From the NCBI GenBank assembly GCA_964016885.1, contig OZ024741.1, forward strand, positions 121,520,001-121,584,000: a stretch of DNA of 64,000 bases. Direction: 5' to 3'. The notes under the pieces are model-generated. The model saw nothing but the letters and a program-made list of their open reading frames with translations. It had not been told where the DNA came from and did no database searches. Shown here piece after piece: positions 43,588-54,900 of the stretch; within the stretch, counting starts at the first letter, position 1; each line of letters begins with the position of its first letter. This DNA is from Eledone cirrhosa. Its lineage: Eukaryota. The position numbers were made by a program, and so were the translations under genes.

Positions 43588-43706
43588 CTGAATTCAAATC
43601 CCGCCGGGGTTAACTTTGCCTTTCATCCTTACGGGGTCGATAAAATAAAGTACCAGTAATGCACTGGGTAATTGCTGGCCTTGTGCCAAAAGTAGAAACA
43701 ATTATT
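43588..43706 (+). mobile_element. 5'-truncated tRNA-derived SINE copy
   Basis: B box remnant, core, tail. Confidence 0.85.
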
Positions 43707-43944
43707 TTTTATTTAAGACATATATTTAGGTGTTTTCTGGTGCTGTATGTACAAGGGTAAGCCTAAAATTAACCACACTTTCGCCCTAACATATCTTTAG
43801 GTTTGACACACTGTCTTCTGTTCGTGCGTGCTTATAGTTGGTACTATTGTGGTCACGTGATCAAAGTTTGAACTTGACCACACCAGTTTTCTTGCTGCTG
43901 TTACATTGAAAACAAGGCCGCTCCGCTAGCAGTATGCACAAAGG

Positions 43945-44065
43945 AGGAAGCCTGCGATAGACTGGCATCCTGTCCAGTGGGGAGTCTTGCACACTCAGTC
44001 GCATAATACTACGGAAACCAGGATGGACACTGGTTTGATGAGCCTCCGGGCTCGAGATAGAGTTT
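43945..44065 (+). mobile_element. Fragment of a Deu/Nin-domain-like SINE
   Basis: CCTGCGATAGACTGGCATCCTGTCCAGTGGGGAG...TACGGAAACCAGGA resembles the Deu/Nin SINE domain (from memory). Confidence 0.45.
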
Positions 44066-45410
44066 AGAATCGACCAACATAACATGAAAGTTTGGGAGAG
44101 TATTGTAGCCAATTATATTTTAACACTGGCACTTGACTGATACGTATTGTATTGTCTCTGGGAAAATGAAAGAGAAAGATGATCCCTACTAAATATGTCA
44201 GTTGTAAAATATTAAAATAAACCTACTGTTAACTTGACATAATGCCCTATCTCTGCTTCTATCTTCCATGTACAGAAAGCGTTGTCGTTGTAGTTATTCG
44301 GGAAGTTATCAGACGTAATTAACCCGCTCAATCCAGACTGAAAATGCTGGCAATGTTGCGCTGAAATTGAAAATATAAATGATTAATAAGGCAAAACTCA
44401 ATACAGTATACCCGTAGTGGTTGTTTAAAATATCTGGCACATATGATGAGTGATACCAACGAAATAATTGCTAACGAAGTATAGCGATTGATTGAAATTG
44501 GCTGTAATCTGTCTTGTGCCGATGCTAAAGCCCAATATCGACTAAGTTCCAAACAATGACCGCTTCCCTTTTTTCCTTTGAGACCTCCGGTGTTCTCGGT
44601 TCCCGGAATGCCGTTTTCTTTCTGTGGGTATGGCACAAGATCGATTTAAACAACGATTCTATTCACACATCTCTTCCTTTACACACTCTAAAATGAAGAC
44701 CATACCACAGTCCTTGTTTAAATTACAAAATAAAGGTACCCTCTACACAGTTAAATGGAGAATACTCTAGAGCACAGGTTCTCAACCCATTTACCCAAAC
44801 GCCCCCTTTTGTCCCTCGAAATCACGAAACGCCCCCTCCGCTATCCTATTTTTTCACTTTTTCAATATACTACTGATTTTTATATCAGTAGATTACTAAA
44901 AAAATGATTAACAATATTCCAAACATGTGTGTATTATCTGATTATGTGTTGTATGTGGTCCTAGATGTGTGTTCTACTCGCTTCTGTTTTTTTCTTTTCT
45001 TTTTTTTATTTGTAATATTATTTATACAATAGGGAATAAAATAGATCTACATAGTGTTAACTCGTTACGGTTGAGTCAATAATTTCAGACATGAAATACA
45101 TTGTTATCGGTGAAGGAAGGATAAGATTCTAACTATCTGCGCTCAAAGTGTCTTTGACCCAGTTGACTGTGACAATCAGTCAACACACAGTATTCGCATT
45201 ACTAAACACGAGTCGTTAACCATTGAATGGAGCTCAACCATCATATTCTTCGGGTTATGCCCCTTTTCCACACATGATTTATCTTATGCCTGACGAATAG
45301 GCCTACGGATTGGAGCGCTGCCTCATGCACCATCATGTACAGTTTGCAGATGCTCTCACGCCTAAGCTTTAAAATCTATGGTAGCGTAAAACATGTTACA
45401 CGTACGATCA

Positions 45411-45608
45411 TAATAATAATAATAATAGTTTATACTTTAGGCACAAGGCCATCAATTACCCAGTACATTACTGGTACTTTATTTTATCGACCCCGTAAGG
45501 ATGAAAGGCAAAGTTAACCTCGGCGGGATTTGAACTCAGACTGTAAAGGGACGTAACTATGCTAGAAATGTAGTCCAACCCTCTACCGATACTGCCAATT
45601 CACCGCCC
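45411..45608 (-). mobile_element. Full-length tRNA-derived SINE directly downstream of the LINE (ATT)n tail
   Basis: GGGCGGTGAAT-TGGCAGTATCGG (A box)...GAGTTCAAATCC (B box)-CGCC, core, tail CCTTGTGCCTAAAGTATAAACT(ATT)n. The core resembles the Meta/MESC SINE domain (from memory). Confidence 0.9.
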
Positions 45609-45649
<41 letters not shown>

Positions 45650-45909
45650 TTTCTTTATTAACCACAAGGGTTTACATAAAGTAGACATTAAGGACAGTGC
45701 AGGACAATGCAGGACGGTACAAATGGGCATTTCTGCGTGTAAAAAAACAAAAACAGAGGATGTAACAAAAATAACAATGAAAATAACAATGAAAAATTCC
45801 CCAATAGGGGGGAGACTTCGGAGGGACATTTGTGGAGAAAGCCCAGTAAAAAGCCACAATGACCCTGACCACCAAGGCAAGTGCCCTCTCCCAGTTTTCC
45901 ACCTTTAGT

Positions 45910-48900
45910 TTACAGATATATACTCAGAGTCGGCCCATTCACTCGGGCCATTCTTGCTTCTCTCACCCATCTTTCAACAAAATGCTGGGAAGAGAGCACT
46001 TCCTTCTCTACTCTGATTTTCCTTTTCAAATGAAATTTGAAAAAGTCAATCAGAGCATCACCGAAGAGGTAAGTGCTTGTCTTCAGCCCTTTCAAACGTG
46101 TCCACCATACTATCTCTTTCGCCATGGCCACCAGACAGATAAAAACTGCCTGCCCTTCCCGGCTAAAGGAGGAGGGCGGGGCAATCCTCACGATAGACTC
46201 AGATGATAGCTGGATCCGTCCTAAACGCGACAGCAGGTGTTCGACATAAACCCACAAGTCAGCAATTTTCGGACACTGGACGAGTGCGTGCAGGACGGTT
46301 TCGTCGCCCTGCGCGCATCTCGGACATGCCCGGCTGACGGCACCTCCATGCCTGTAGAGTTTATCCCGAACTGGCAAGGCTCCTCGGTAGCACTGCCAGG
46401 CCAGAGATTTCTGGAAGTTGTCCATAGGCCCTGGCCCGAAAGTTCTTCCGAAGAGATTGGCTAGTTGATTTTCGTCGACGCCTAGAGTTTCCCCAAGTAC
46501 GTCGTCGCTCTTCCCCTCCACTAATCCTCTATAGAACGCCGAGGTGGAGTTTCCACCGATCACATTGCCCGATTGGTCGAGGGCTGTGAGCGCCTGAAGA
46601 CATTCCAGTCTCCAGGCGCTCCCTCTCGGTCTTCGCTTGACCCAGGACTGCAGCTCCGTCAAGGAAACGAGCTGGGGAAAAACGCGTCTAGCAAACGGCG
46701 ACCACACCTGATCACCGTCGAGGAAGAGGTGGAGATGTCGTAGCCTGAGCGCGTGCCTGCGCATCATCAGCCACGGCATGCCCAGCCCTCCACGTAGCGG
46801 GTGTTGACAACAGATGGACCGCCTGACCATCGGAGCACGTCCCTTCCACAAAAAGCGAAAGAGCAAACGCTCCAGCGCAGTCAGGCGAGGCTTAGGACAA
46901 GGTACGACGGTTAGGCGGTAGCAGATGACAGACGCGATGTACGCGTTAGCCACCTCCGCTCGACCTTTCAGGGATAGCTTCCTCTCCGCCCATTTCTGGG
47001 TGAGAGAAGCCACCCTGCTCGTCACCTCGTCCCAGTTTTTGTCCGTCTGGAGGTCCGGACCGAACCAGACCCCTAGCAATTTAACCGGTCCGTCCGTCCA
47101 GCGCCCGACGACGCTGTTGGACGGCATGGACCTGCCTCTCCAGGTGCCGAGCTGCAGGCCCACTGACTTTTCCTGGTTGATCATTGCTCCTGTCACCGCT
47201 TCGTATTCTCTTAGTGTAGTGCCGATCGCCTCGATGTGTTTGGCGTTCGACACCACTACGGTGACATCGTCCGCATATGCTGACACGGATCTTCCGCATC
47301 CTAGTTCGCGCGGGACTCCCCTCAACGTCTCCAGTTTGTGCAGTAATGGCTCGAGAGTCAATACGTACAAGAGGGACGAGAGGGGACATCCTTGGCGGAC
47401 CGAGCGCATGATGTTGAACGGTTCCGACAGGTGACCGTTCACTCTCACCACAGAGCAGATGTCGCTGTGCATGGCAGCGATCCAGCCTCTGAAGACGGGC
47501 CCAAAGCCAGCCGCCCTCAGGACTGCCGCTAGGTAACGATGGTCGACCCTATCGAAAGCTTTCGACTGATCTAAATTGATCAAGGACCCACCCGTGCCAG
47601 GTTCCCTAGCTACCCTCTCTACGATGTATCGCATGAGGTGGAGGTTGTCGTGGATGGATCTGTCGGGAATGGCGCATGTCTGCGCCTCTCCCACCAGACC
47701 ACCAACGACAAGCGCCAACCTCTTTGCTAGCACCTTGGCCAAAATCTTAAACTCTGTGTTTAGCAGAGTTATGGGCCGGAAATTGTCTATGTTATCCCCC
47801 TTGTTCGGATCCTTTCTCAGCAGTGCCACCGCTCCTCGGCTCACAGAACTGGGAATTCTCCCGTTCTGTTGCCAGTTGCAGTAGACGTCCGCCAAGAGGC
47901 CTCCGAACAAGTCTGGCATCTGTACGTAAAGTTCATAGGGCAGACCATCCAAACCAGGCGATTTACCCCTTGTGCAGCCAGTCATTGCCTCCCGTACTTC
48001 AGCGGCTGTTATCGGCTTTTCGCAACACTTCGCCTCAGTGGCCGAGAGCCGCGGCAGTCCGTCGAGGTAGACACTAAAGTCCATCCCTCTACCCGGCCCC
48101 CCGCTGCCCCCGAACAGCTGAGCGAAGTGTCGCTGAAAAGCTTCACACATTTGCCCGGGATCGAGTAGCATGCGCCCGTCGTGGTCCACCAAAGACCGGA
48201 TCGTGGCTTTGTTGCCACGACGCGCCTCCGCCACTCGGGCCCATTGAACGGCTTTCGTCCCCTCGTGTCTGAGAGCACGCACCCTAGCTCTGACAACGCA
48301 GCCTTCGTGCTTTGCATTGAAGAATTGGTCAAGGGCCAATTTCGCCGCAAGCACGTCGGTCGCAATGCCTTTGCTAAGCGCCTCGTCTAATTTTCTAACT
48401 AGTTCTCCCTCTGCTCTATTTTTCTCTATTGTTAAAGCCTTACTAAACCTAATCGATTCTATTCTAATCGCTCTTTTCAGAGCAAACCACCACTTGTTGT
48501 TGACGATGGCCCCCGTCAACGCCCGCTTAACTAGTTCGCTAATCCGGTCTCTGTAGGCCTTGCGCGCTGGTAAGGACGCGTTTAGCTTCCAGTAGCCGGG
48601 TCCTCGTCTATGAAGCCTATCTAAGTCAAGCACACAGATCACGAATTTGTGGTCCGTGTAGCTGACTATCTTGAATTGTGGACAGCCTATGCTAGACCTA
48701 TCTATTTCCCTACAAAATACTCTATCTAGATATGATCTGGATGACCCTATGCGGTTTGTCCAAGTCCACATTGGCACATTCGGGAAATCCAATCGGTACC
48801 TGTCAGACAGTTCAAAACGCCTGAGCAGGTTGGTGAGGCTCTTGCACCCTCCACCCCTATCCGCTAATCCCACACAGTCCCAGCGTGCATCTAAGATCCC

Positions 48901-49329
48901 GTTCCAGTCGCCCACTAACACTAAAGAGCGCGACGTTCCAAGAAAGGTCTCCAGACGCCGGAAGAAATCAGGCCGCCCTGCTCCTGTCGGGGCATAGACG
49001 GCCACTAGCCTGAAAGCTTGCCCGTCTCCGCTGGTCACGTCCAGCACCACCAGCTTACCCTCTGGGTCCAGGAAGATGGCCCGTATGGCGAGATCCAAAC
49101 CTCTCCGAAAAAGCACAGCAACTCCTCCACCCGATCCAGGACGGCTGGGAGATGCGTACACATCGTAGCCGCCGAAGATCGGTGCGAAGGCCCGTGCTTC
49201 GGAGATTCTGGTCTCGCTGATGGCCACTACATCTATGTTTAGTGACCTGAGGTCGTTGAGCAGGTGACCCTGCTTCCATGACGACCCCAAGCCACGCGCA
49301 TTTATGCTGCCTATTCTGAGTGAGGTCAT
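45910..49329 (-). CDS. LINE ORF2: APE endonuclease, reverse transcriptase and CCHC zinc finger, 1139 aa, intact
   Basis: SINARG, ISETR, VYAP, VGDWN, YLDR, TDH; FRPITLLN, LDQSKAFDRV, RQGCPLS, YADD, KLLG; CPRC...ETVLHALVQC. Confidence 0.97.
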   Translation of the reverse strand: MTSLRIGSINARGLGSSWKQGHLLNDLRSLNIDVVAISETRISEARAFAPIFGGYDVYASPSRPGSGGGVAVLFRRGLDLAIRAIFLDPEGKLVVLDVTSGDGQAFRLVAVYAPTGAGRPDFFRRLETFLGTSRSLVLVGDWNGILDARWDCVGLADRGGGCKSLTNLLRRFELSDRYRLDFPNVPMWTWTNRIGSSRSYLDRVFCREIDRSSIGCPQFKIVSYTDHKFVICVLDLDRLHRRGPGYWKLNASLPARKAYRDRISELVKRALTGAIVNNKWWFALKRAIRIESIRFSKALTIEKNRAEGELVRKLDEALSKGIATDVLAAKLALDQFFNAKHEGCVVRARVRALRHEGTKAVQWARVAEARRGNKATIRSLVDHDGRMLLDPGQMCEAFQRHFAQLFGGSGGPGRGMDFSVYLDGLPRLSATEAKCCEKPITAAEVREAMTGCTRGKSPGLDGLPYELYVQMPDLFGGLLADVYCNWQQNGRIPSSVSRGAVALLRKDPNKGDNIDNFRPITLLNTEFKILAKVLAKRLALVVGGLVGEAQTCAIPDRSIHDNLHLMRYIVERVAREPGTGGSLINLDQSKAFDRVDHRYLAAVLRAAGFGPVFRGWIAAMHSDICSVVRVNGHLSEPFNIMRSVRQGCPLSSLLYVLTLEPLLHKLETLRGVPRELGCGRSVSAYADDVTVVVSNAKHIEAIGTTLREYEAVTGAMINQEKSVGLQLGTWRGRSMPSNSVVGRWTDGPVKLLGVWFGPDLQTDKNWDEVTSRVASLTQKWAERKLSLKGRAEVANAYIASVICYRLTVVPCPKPRLTALERLLFRFLWKGRAPMVRRSICCQHPLRGGLGMPWLMMRRHALRLRHLHLFLDGDQVWSPFARRVFPQLVSLTELQSWVKRRPRGSAWRLECLQALTALDQSGNVIGGNSTSAFYRGLVEGKSDDVLGETLGVDENQLANLFGRTFGPGPMDNFQKSLAWQCYRGALPVRDKLYRHGGAVSRACPRCAQGDETVLHALVQCPKIADLWVYVEHLLSRLGRIQLSSESIVRIAPPSSFSREGQAVFICLVAMAKEIVWWTRLKGLKTSTYLFGDALIDFFKFHLKRKIRVEKEVLSSQHFVERWVREARMARVNGPTLSIYL

Positions 49330-49364
49330 GTTTAAAATAGAGTGGAAAAGATGGGAAAGACCAC

Positions 49365-51465
49365 TTACCGTATTTTTGGTAGAGGAGGGATGGTTTTTAC
49401 ATCCCTTTTCACTTGATCGTCTGGTGAAGGGACCGTTGAATCGTCCCTTCGGCTGGTCGTCGGCTCTTCTAAGAGAATGTCTGAATATACTCTTCGATTA
49501 ATGGTTCCTCCTAGGTCCCTGAAATCACCAACTGCGTTGGGGAATTTCGTTTTAATGTTTGTGTATTGTTTCTGTGCTATTTTTAGCAGTCTTATGTTAG
49601 TTGGCGTTTTGATTGGTGCTGGTATTATGTAGTCCTGTTGTGAAATGTCTGTGTGTTCAATTATGTAAGTCATTAGTTTCTTGTTGTGTGTGTTTATTGC
49701 CGTGCATTTGTTTTTCTGGGGGTGGGGTGTGGTTCTGCTATTTTCTTGTCGTTGTTGCTGGGTGTGTGTGTTTTGTTGTTGTGTTTGCGATGTTGGTGCT
49801 TGTGGTGGTGGTGTTGAAGGTGTTGTTGGCGGTGGGGTTGTCGCCGGTGGTGATGGTGGTGCTGGTGTGGGTGGTGATGGTGTTGGTGGTGTTGCTGCTG
49901 TGGGTCTCTTTGCAGTAGACTTTACCCTTTTCTCATTTCTTTCCTCCCTTTTCAAAGGCGACGATGCGCTGCTTCTGCGTTTGTGCCTTCTTGAGACCTT
50001 TTGCCATCCCTCTCCCACCTCACACTCCATGTCTGATTCTGTAAGGTCGGGGAGGGGTACCAGCTCCACTCTTTCACTTGTTGTTGTTGGTGATGTTTGC
50101 ACTGGAGTCTCTGTTGCAGCTGCATTTGGTATTGCTGTTGTTGTTGTTAATATTTCCACTGCTGCTGCTGTCTTTGATTTCCGTGGAGTGGGTATGGGTG
50201 CCACGGACCTATCGTTCCTGGTTGCCGCTTGTCCTGTTGCTGGTAGCCGTGGAACCGGATTCGGGAGGAGGGGGGTTTTCTCCTTTCTCAGGGTCTTCTC
50301 GTTGCAGAAGGCCCTGAGGTGAGTCTTCGATCCACAGCGAAAGCATTTCGGGCGTTTGCCCTCAACACTTATGGGCAGTTGAGTGCCGTTATCGAAGTCT
50401 ATCACATCCGGGATAGCTTCGATGCACTCCTGGTTGGTTTGGATTAGCATCTCAATGGAGGAGCCGACCCAATCTTCTCTTACTTTTTTCTGTACTTGCA
50501 GTACAGTTGTTTTGTCCTCGATTCCGACGAGGACAGACGCGGCCAGCCAAGAAGGGGTCATTCCGGGGGGGACGTGGGTCAGTTTGACCCTCACAATTTT
50601 TTGCCCGCAGTAGGAGGGCACCAACACCATTTCCTCGCTCCTTAGGGTCACTACTGATTGGGCCTTTGCCTCCTGGGGTGTGGCAAAAAGTACGTCTACG
50701 GTGGCGTATTTTTTGCCTCGGGTGATGTGCGTTTTCCTCTGCCACACAGACCCCAAGGCTTTTTGTATTTGGGCCTCTGTGGCTCTTTCCACCCTACGGG
50801 ATTTTGTACTTACTGTACGGTACGTGACCGTACAGTGCTCTTGGGTTTCGAAAAAATTTTTCGCTGCCTTGCAGATTGCTCGGTGTCCGTTCTTTGTCAC
50901 CATCTTCTTCGCTTCCTCTAATTCCTCATTTGTTATGAGGATTGTTTCCAGGTTTTTCGCAATACCTGCAAATGAGATTGGTTTTTCTCTGCTGTTGTTG
51001 TTGTCGTCAGAGCTGCTGGTACTTTTGTTGTTGCTGCAGGTACTACGACTACTGCCTCCGCCGCTGTTGCTGTGGTTGTTGTTGGTGTTGCTGCTGCTAA
51101 TGCTGTTGTTGTTTATGCTGCTGGTGATGCTGTTGCGGCTGCTACTGTTGTTTTCATTGTCACTGTTGCTGTTGTTATTACGGCTGCTACTGCTATTATT
51201 CCTGACGTCAGACGAATGAACTGGGTTTTCGTATTTCCCGCACACCTGTTTCGTCGCTGTCGTCGTCGTCGTGGAGAAACCTTGCACGCTTTGCACGAGA
51301 CTTTTCTTTTCTTTCGTCGCTTGCGAAAGAGAAGGTAGGGAGAGAGACACATTTAAAGAAGGGAGGGAGAGAGACAATCTTCTCTCTCCTGTAGTGATGA
51401 TTGAGGAAGAAGAAGACGGAATGAGTGGGAGTGACGTATGAAATTTTTTTTTTTTTGGTAGCCAT
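49365..51465 (-). CDS. LINE ORF1: N/S-rich N-terminus, RRM-like region, CCHC knuckle, P/T-rich linker; start uncertain
   Basis: CFRCGSKTHLRAFC. First ATG (51465) is one base out of frame across an A13 run; the ORF-track start at 51497 is a TTG. Confidence 0.88.
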
Positions 51466-51677
51466 GTTTTTTGTTTAAAATGAAATTTTGGGTACAAAAC
51501 CCCAATAACTGGCTATTTAACCCCGAAGGGCCAAATAACGGACAGAAAGACCCCTCTCACGAGGAGGAGGGTGTCTTTATCAACAATTTGGTTCAAGTTT
51601 TAAACAATTTACAATTGTTTTAACGGTTAAAAATTACTATACCTTACAGAGCCGAGCCTCCGTCAACCATGGCATTC

Positions 51678-51721
<44 letters not shown>

Positions 51722-51982
51722 TTTCTTTATTAACCACAAGGGTTTACATAAAGTAGACATTAAGGACAGTGCAGGACAATGCAGGACGGTACAAATGGGC
51801 ATTTCTGCGTGTAAAAAAAACAAAAATAGAGGATGTAACAAAAATAACAATGAAAATAACAATGAAAAATTCCCCAATAGGGGGGAGACTTCGGAGGGAC
51901 ATTTGTGGAGAAAGCCCAGTAAAAAGCCACAATGACCCTGACCACCAAGGCAAGTGCCCTCTCCCAGTTTTCCACCTTTAGT

Positions 51983-54900
51983 TTACAGATATATACTCAG
52001 AGTCGGCCCATTCACTCGGGCCATTCTTGCTTCTCTCACCCATCTTTCAACAAAATGCTGGGAAGAGAGCACTTCCTTCTCTACTCTGATTTTCCTTTTC
52101 AAATGAAATTTGAAAAAGTCAATCAGAGCATCACCGAAGAGGTAAGTGCTCGTCTTCAGCCCTTTCAAACGTGTCCACCATACTATCTCTTTCGCCATGG
52201 CCACCAGACAGATAAAAACTGCCTGCCCTTCCCGGCTAAAGGAGGAGGGCGGGGCAATCCTCACGATAGACTCAGATGATAGCTGGATCCGTCCTAAACG
52301 CGACAGCAGGTGTTCGACATAAACCCACAAGTCAGCAATTTTCGGACACTGGACGAGTGCGTGCAGGACGGTTTCGTCGCCCTGCGCGCATCTCGGACAT
52401 GCCCGGCTGACGGCACCTCCATGCCTGTAGAGTTTATCCCGAACTGGCAAGGCTCCTCGGTAGCACTGCCAGGCCAGAGATTTCTGGAAGTTGTCCATAG
52501 GCCCTGGCCCGAAAGTTCTTCCGAAGAGATTGGCTAGTTGATTTTCGTCGACGCCTAGAGTTTCCCCAAGTACGTCGTCGCTCTTCCCCTCCACTAATCC
52601 TCTATAGAACGCCGAGGTGGAGTTTCCACCGATCACATTGCCCGATTGGTCGAGGGCTGTGAGCGCCTGAAGACATTCCAGTCTCCAGGCGCTCCCTCTC
52701 GGTCTTCGCTTGACCCAGGACTGCAGCTCCGTCAAGGAAACGAGCTGGGGAAACACGCGTCTAGCAAACGGCGACCACACCTGATCACCGTCGAGGAAGA
52801 GGTGGAGATGTCGTAGCCTGAGCGCGTGCCTGCGCATCATCAGCCACGGCATGCCCAGCCCTCCACGTAGCGGGTGTTGACAACAGATGGACCGCCTGAC
52901 CATCGGAGCACGTCCCTTCCACAAAAAGCGAAAGAGCAAACGCTCCAGCGCAGTCAGGCGAGGCTTAGGACAAGGTACGACGGTTAGGCGGTAGCAGATG
53001 ACAGACGCGATGTACGCGTTAGCCACCTCCGCTCGACCTTTCAGGGATAGCTTCCTCTCCGCCCATTTCTGGGTGAGAGAAGCCACCCTGCTCGTCACCT
53101 CGTCCCAGTTTTTGTCCGTCTGGAGGTCCGGACCGAACCAGACCCCTAGCAATTTAACCGGTCCGTCCGTCCAGCGCCCGACGACGCTGTTGGACGGCAT
53201 GGACCTGCCTCTCCAGGTGCCGAGCTGCAGGCCCACTGACTTTTCCTGGTTGATCATTGCTCCTGTCACCGCTTCGTATTCTCTTAGTGTAGTGCCGATC
53301 GCCTCGATGTGTTTGGCGTTCGACACCACTACGGTGACATCGTCCGCATATGCTGACACGGATCTTCCGCATCCTAGTTCGCGCGGGACTCCCCTCAACG
53401 TCTCCAGTTTGTGCAGTAATGGCTCGAGAGTCAATACGTACAAGAGGGACGAGAGGGGACATCCTTGGCGGACCGAGCGCATGATGTTGAACGGTTCCGA
53501 CAGGTGACCGTTCACTCTCACCACAGAGCAGATGTCGCTGTGCATGGCAGCGATCCAGCCTCTGAAGACGGGCCCAAAGCCAGCCGCCCTCAGGACTGCC
53601 GCTAGGTAACGATGGTCGACCCTATCGAAAGCTTTCGACTGATCTAAATTGATCAAGGACCCACCCGTGCCAGGTTCCCTAGCTACCCTCTCTACGATGT
53701 ATCGCATGAGGTGGAGGTTGTCGTGGATGGATCTGTCGGGAATGGCGCATGTCTGCGCCTCTCCCACCAGACCACCAACGACAAGCGCCAACCTCTTTGC
53801 TAGCACCTTGGCCAAAATCTTAAACTCTGTGTTTAGCAGAGTTATGGGCCGGAAATTGTCTATGTTATCCCCCTTGTTCGGATCCTTTCTCAGCAGTGCC
53901 ACCGCTCCTCGGCTCACAGAACTGGGAATTCTCCCGTTCTGTTGCCAGTTGCAGTAGACGTCCGCCAAGAGGCCTCCGAACAAGTCTGGCATCTGTACGT
54001 AAAGTTCATAGGGCAGACCATCCAAACCAGGCGATTTACCCCTTGTGCAGCCAGTCATTGCCTCCCTTACTTCAGCGGCTGTTATCGGCTTTTCGCAACA
54101 CTTCGCCTCAGTGGCCGAGAGCCGCGGCAGTCCGTCGAGGTAGACACTAAAGTCCATCCCTCTACCCGGCCCCCCGCTGCCCCCGAACAGCTGAGCGAAG
54201 TGTCGCTGAAAAGCTTCACACATTTGCCCGGGATCGAGTAGCATGCGCCCGTCGTGGTCCACCAAAGACCGGATCGTGGCTTTGTTGCCACGACGCGCCT
54301 CCGCCACTCGGGCCCATTGAACGGCTTTCGTCCCCTCGTGTCTGAGAGCACGCACCCTAGCTCTGACAACGCAGCCTTCGTGCTTTGCATTGAAGAATTG
54401 GTCAAGGGCCAATTTCGCCGCAAGCACGTCGGTCGCAATGCCTTTGCTAAGCGCCTCGTCTAATTTTCTAACTAGTTCTCCCTCTGCTCTATTTTTCTCT
54501 ATTGCTAAAGCCTTACTAAACCTAATCGATTCTATTCTAATCGCTCTTTTCAGAGCAAACCACCACTTGTTGTTGACGATGGCCCCCGTCAACGCCCGCT
54601 TAACTAGTTCGCTAATCCGGTCTCTGTAGGCCTTGCGCGCTGGTAAGGACGCGTTTAGCTTCCAGTAGCCGGGTCCTCGTCTATGAAGCCTATCTAAGTC
54701 AAGCACACAGATCACGAATTTGTGGTCCGTGTAGCTGACTATCTTGAATTGTGGACAGCCTATGCTAGACCTATCTATTTCCCTACAAAATACTCTATCT
54801 AGATATGATCTGGATGACCCTATGCGGTTTGTCCAAGTCCACATTGGCACATTCGGGAAATCCAATCGGTACCTGTCAGACAGTTCAAAACGCCTGAGCA

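Larger units (their letters stand above)
45648..51677 (-). mobile_element. Full-length L1/Tx1-type LINE, family A, copy 1 (6030 bp)
   Basis: 5' GAATGCCATGG...; ORF1 and ORF2; 3' CCTTGTGGTTAATAAAGAAATC then (ATT)n at 45611-45647; (AAT)14 at 51678-51719. Confidence 0.96.

Noticed and set aside
44765-44840. hAT MITE left end (CTCTAGAG-CACAGGTTCTCAACC)
   Set aside because: No matching right TIR or second target duplication found.
45520-45608. tRNA gene
   Set aside because: A/B boxes belong to a SINE head fused to the core and tail; present in many degenerate copies without a full cloverleaf.
49613-51338. Plus-strand hydrophobic ORFs opposite ORF1 (also 27510-28127 and 55686-57411)
   Set aside because: Antisense shadows of AAC/ACC/AGC-rich low-complexity coding sequence.
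51545-51580. TCCTCGT in the LINE 5' UTR as the L3 loop of an HDV-like ribozyme
   Set aside because: P3 does not close properly, P1/P2 partners were not found, the motif is ~110 nt from the 5' end and is absent from family B; a simple hairpin explains it.
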